DNA from: an uncultured Acidobacteriota bacterium
GTDB taxonomy: Bacteria; Acidobacteriota; Terriglobia; Terriglobales; Acidobacteriaceae
Assembly (NCBI GenBank): GCA_963718505.1
Contig: CAVQZP010000007.1
Coordinates: 113,507 to 145,506 of the forward strand
Reading direction: 5' to 3'
DNA length: 32,000 nt
Positions 30,683 through 32,000 of the stretch are shown piece after piece (the first letter of the stretch is position 1; every line of letters starts with the position of its first letter). The position numbers were made by a program, and so were the translations under genes. The notes beneath the pieces are model-generated. The model was not told the origin of the DNA. It saw only the letters and a program-made list of their open reading frames with translations, and made no database searches.

Positions 30683-32000
30683 TAATCAGGGCTATCATCT
30701 GCAAGTCGATCCTGCATCTCGAAGATACGATCGGTTCAACCTCAAAGACAAGCGAGCAGACAACCGTACTCCTGCGCAGCGCGATCGAGATCGAATTCTG
30801 TATACATCAGCTTTTCGTCGGTTGGCGAGAGTTACTCAAGTTGTTTCCGCTGATGAAGGCCATGTTTTTCACAATCGCCTAACACATTCGATACAGGTTG
30901 CCAGGTTGGACGGCGCATTGCGGAGAAGTTGTTGCGGGAGCAGCAAGCACTCGCTAATGATATAGACCCGGACGTGGTGGAAGCCGCATGTTTGGCGCAT
31001 GATCTTGGCCATCCACCGTTCGGGCACACCGCGGAACGCGAACTTGATCGCCTTGCTACTTCCGCTTGTCTCGCGGACGGTTTCGAAGGCAACGCCCAAA
31101 GCTTTAGGATCGTTACCGCACTCGCAGCTTCGTCATCGCTTGGTCCCGGCCTGAATCTCACCAGAGCTACTCTGAATGCGATTCTTAAATACCCTTGGCT
31201 GCGAGGACAGCACCCAAAAATACGCGACAAGTGGGGTGCGTATGAATCAGAGAGGCCCCACTTCACCTGGGCGCGTGAGTTGTCGGATTCGAATGAAGAA
31301 ACGAAACTCGAAAAGAGCCCCGAAGCTTTTCTGATGGATCTGGCCGACGACATTACTTACTCAGTCCATGACGTGGACGATTTTTATCGGGCTGGGTTGG
31401 TTCCAATTGACCGATTGAGAGTTGATGTGCGTGAACGATCCCGATTCTATGAAGAAGTCTTCGATCGGCGAGCCGGTAAGCTACCTGAGGATATGGAGGA
31501 AGGATTTCTTTGCCAAGCCTTTGACCGTCTGATTGAGAAGATTCCTCAGGAAAAACCATATGTGGGAACCAAGCGTGATCGTGGACTGTTACGCGATTTG
31601 ACCGGATCGCTGATTGGTGATTTCGTTCGAGCCGTAACCGTCAGGTCAGGTCTAACAAGCGCCCGCGATTGGGGATGGTGCGGGAACGACGAGCCGAAGT
31701 CTTCATGCTGAAGCAATTGACGTGGCATTACGTTATCAAGAATCCGGCACTCGCCACTCAGCAGCATGGTCAACGCACAATCATTAGAGAGCTGTTCTCA
31801 ATCTTTAGGCGCGCTGCGATCGACCGGGATGAAAAGAACTTGGACGTGTTTCCGATCGGGGTTAGGGAAAACCTCGAAGCAATTCAGGCATCTGGACGTC
31901 CGGCTCTGACCCAGGAAGCAACCCGTGTAATCATTGATCTGATCGCAAGCCTCACCGAGGAGCAGGCGATTCAGGTCTACCATCGTCTCACAGGAATCCT
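30630..32000 (+). pseudogene. dNTP/dGTP triphosphohydrolase-like HD-domain gene, readable only across three frames (shifts near 30901-30902 and within 31621-31709); continues past the window end
   Basis: Frame 1: RTPAQRDRDRILYTSAFRRLARVTQVV...HNRLTHSIQVA. Frame 2: (Q)VGRRIAEKLL...ACLAHDLGHPPFGHTAE...FEGNAQSFRIV...LMDLADDITYSVHDVDDFYRAG. Frame 3: RRAEVFMLKQLTWHYVIKNPALATQQHGQRTIIRELF. Together these form a colinear dGTPase-family protein. No ATG start is available, only TTG 30630. Confidence 0.75.

Overview
High-GC bacterial chromosome segment (hand-counted about 65-67% GC on sample lines of core genes). It is densely packed with housekeeping genes on both strands. The short repeat families remind me of Acidobacteriota genomes, but that taxon guess is from memory only and low confidence.

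Recognisable genes:
- MEP isoprenoid pathway: ispE (partial), ispF, ispD.
- Fatty-acid synthesis: acpS, acpP, fabF.
- Folate, selenium, repair and translation quality control: folP, selA, a class II photolyase, dtd.
- Envelope: PBP4-type DD-peptidase, an MCE/MlaD-family protein, and a large membrane-embedded spermidine-synthase-like protein.
- Others: C26 glutamine amidotransferase, two DUF488 paralogues, a lipoprotein cytochrome c, a Mop molbindin next to a Cys-less Moco-domain-like protein, a pseudo-receiver/PilZ protein, DUF374, a GH43 glycosidase and an IPT/TIG lipoprotein.

I found no rRNA, tRNA, CRISPR array, transposase or integrase.

Two things are not ordinary.
1. Almost every long intergenic gap is filled with short palindromic interspersed repeats of at least six families, plus 7-bp-periodic tracts. 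Two repeat copies lie in frame inside ispE.
2. Three lower-GC patches (about 45-57% on sample lines) look accessory:
   - an orphan gene at 6023-6379;
   - a truncated amidohydrolase followed by a haloperoxidase-type hydrolase at 20096-21774;
   - the right edge from about 30290, with a small ORF and an HD-domain dGTPase-like gene broken by two 1-nt frameshifts.

I could not identify a clear-cut novel multi-gene system. The best candidates for follow-up are the right-edge dGTPase segment (cut by the window), the cytochrome c-selA-DUF488 / divergent DUF488 cluster, the acpS / spermidine-synthase-like / MlaD operon, and the repeat and heptamer-tract architecture itself.

All family assignments come from motif recognition by eye. 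No database search was possible.
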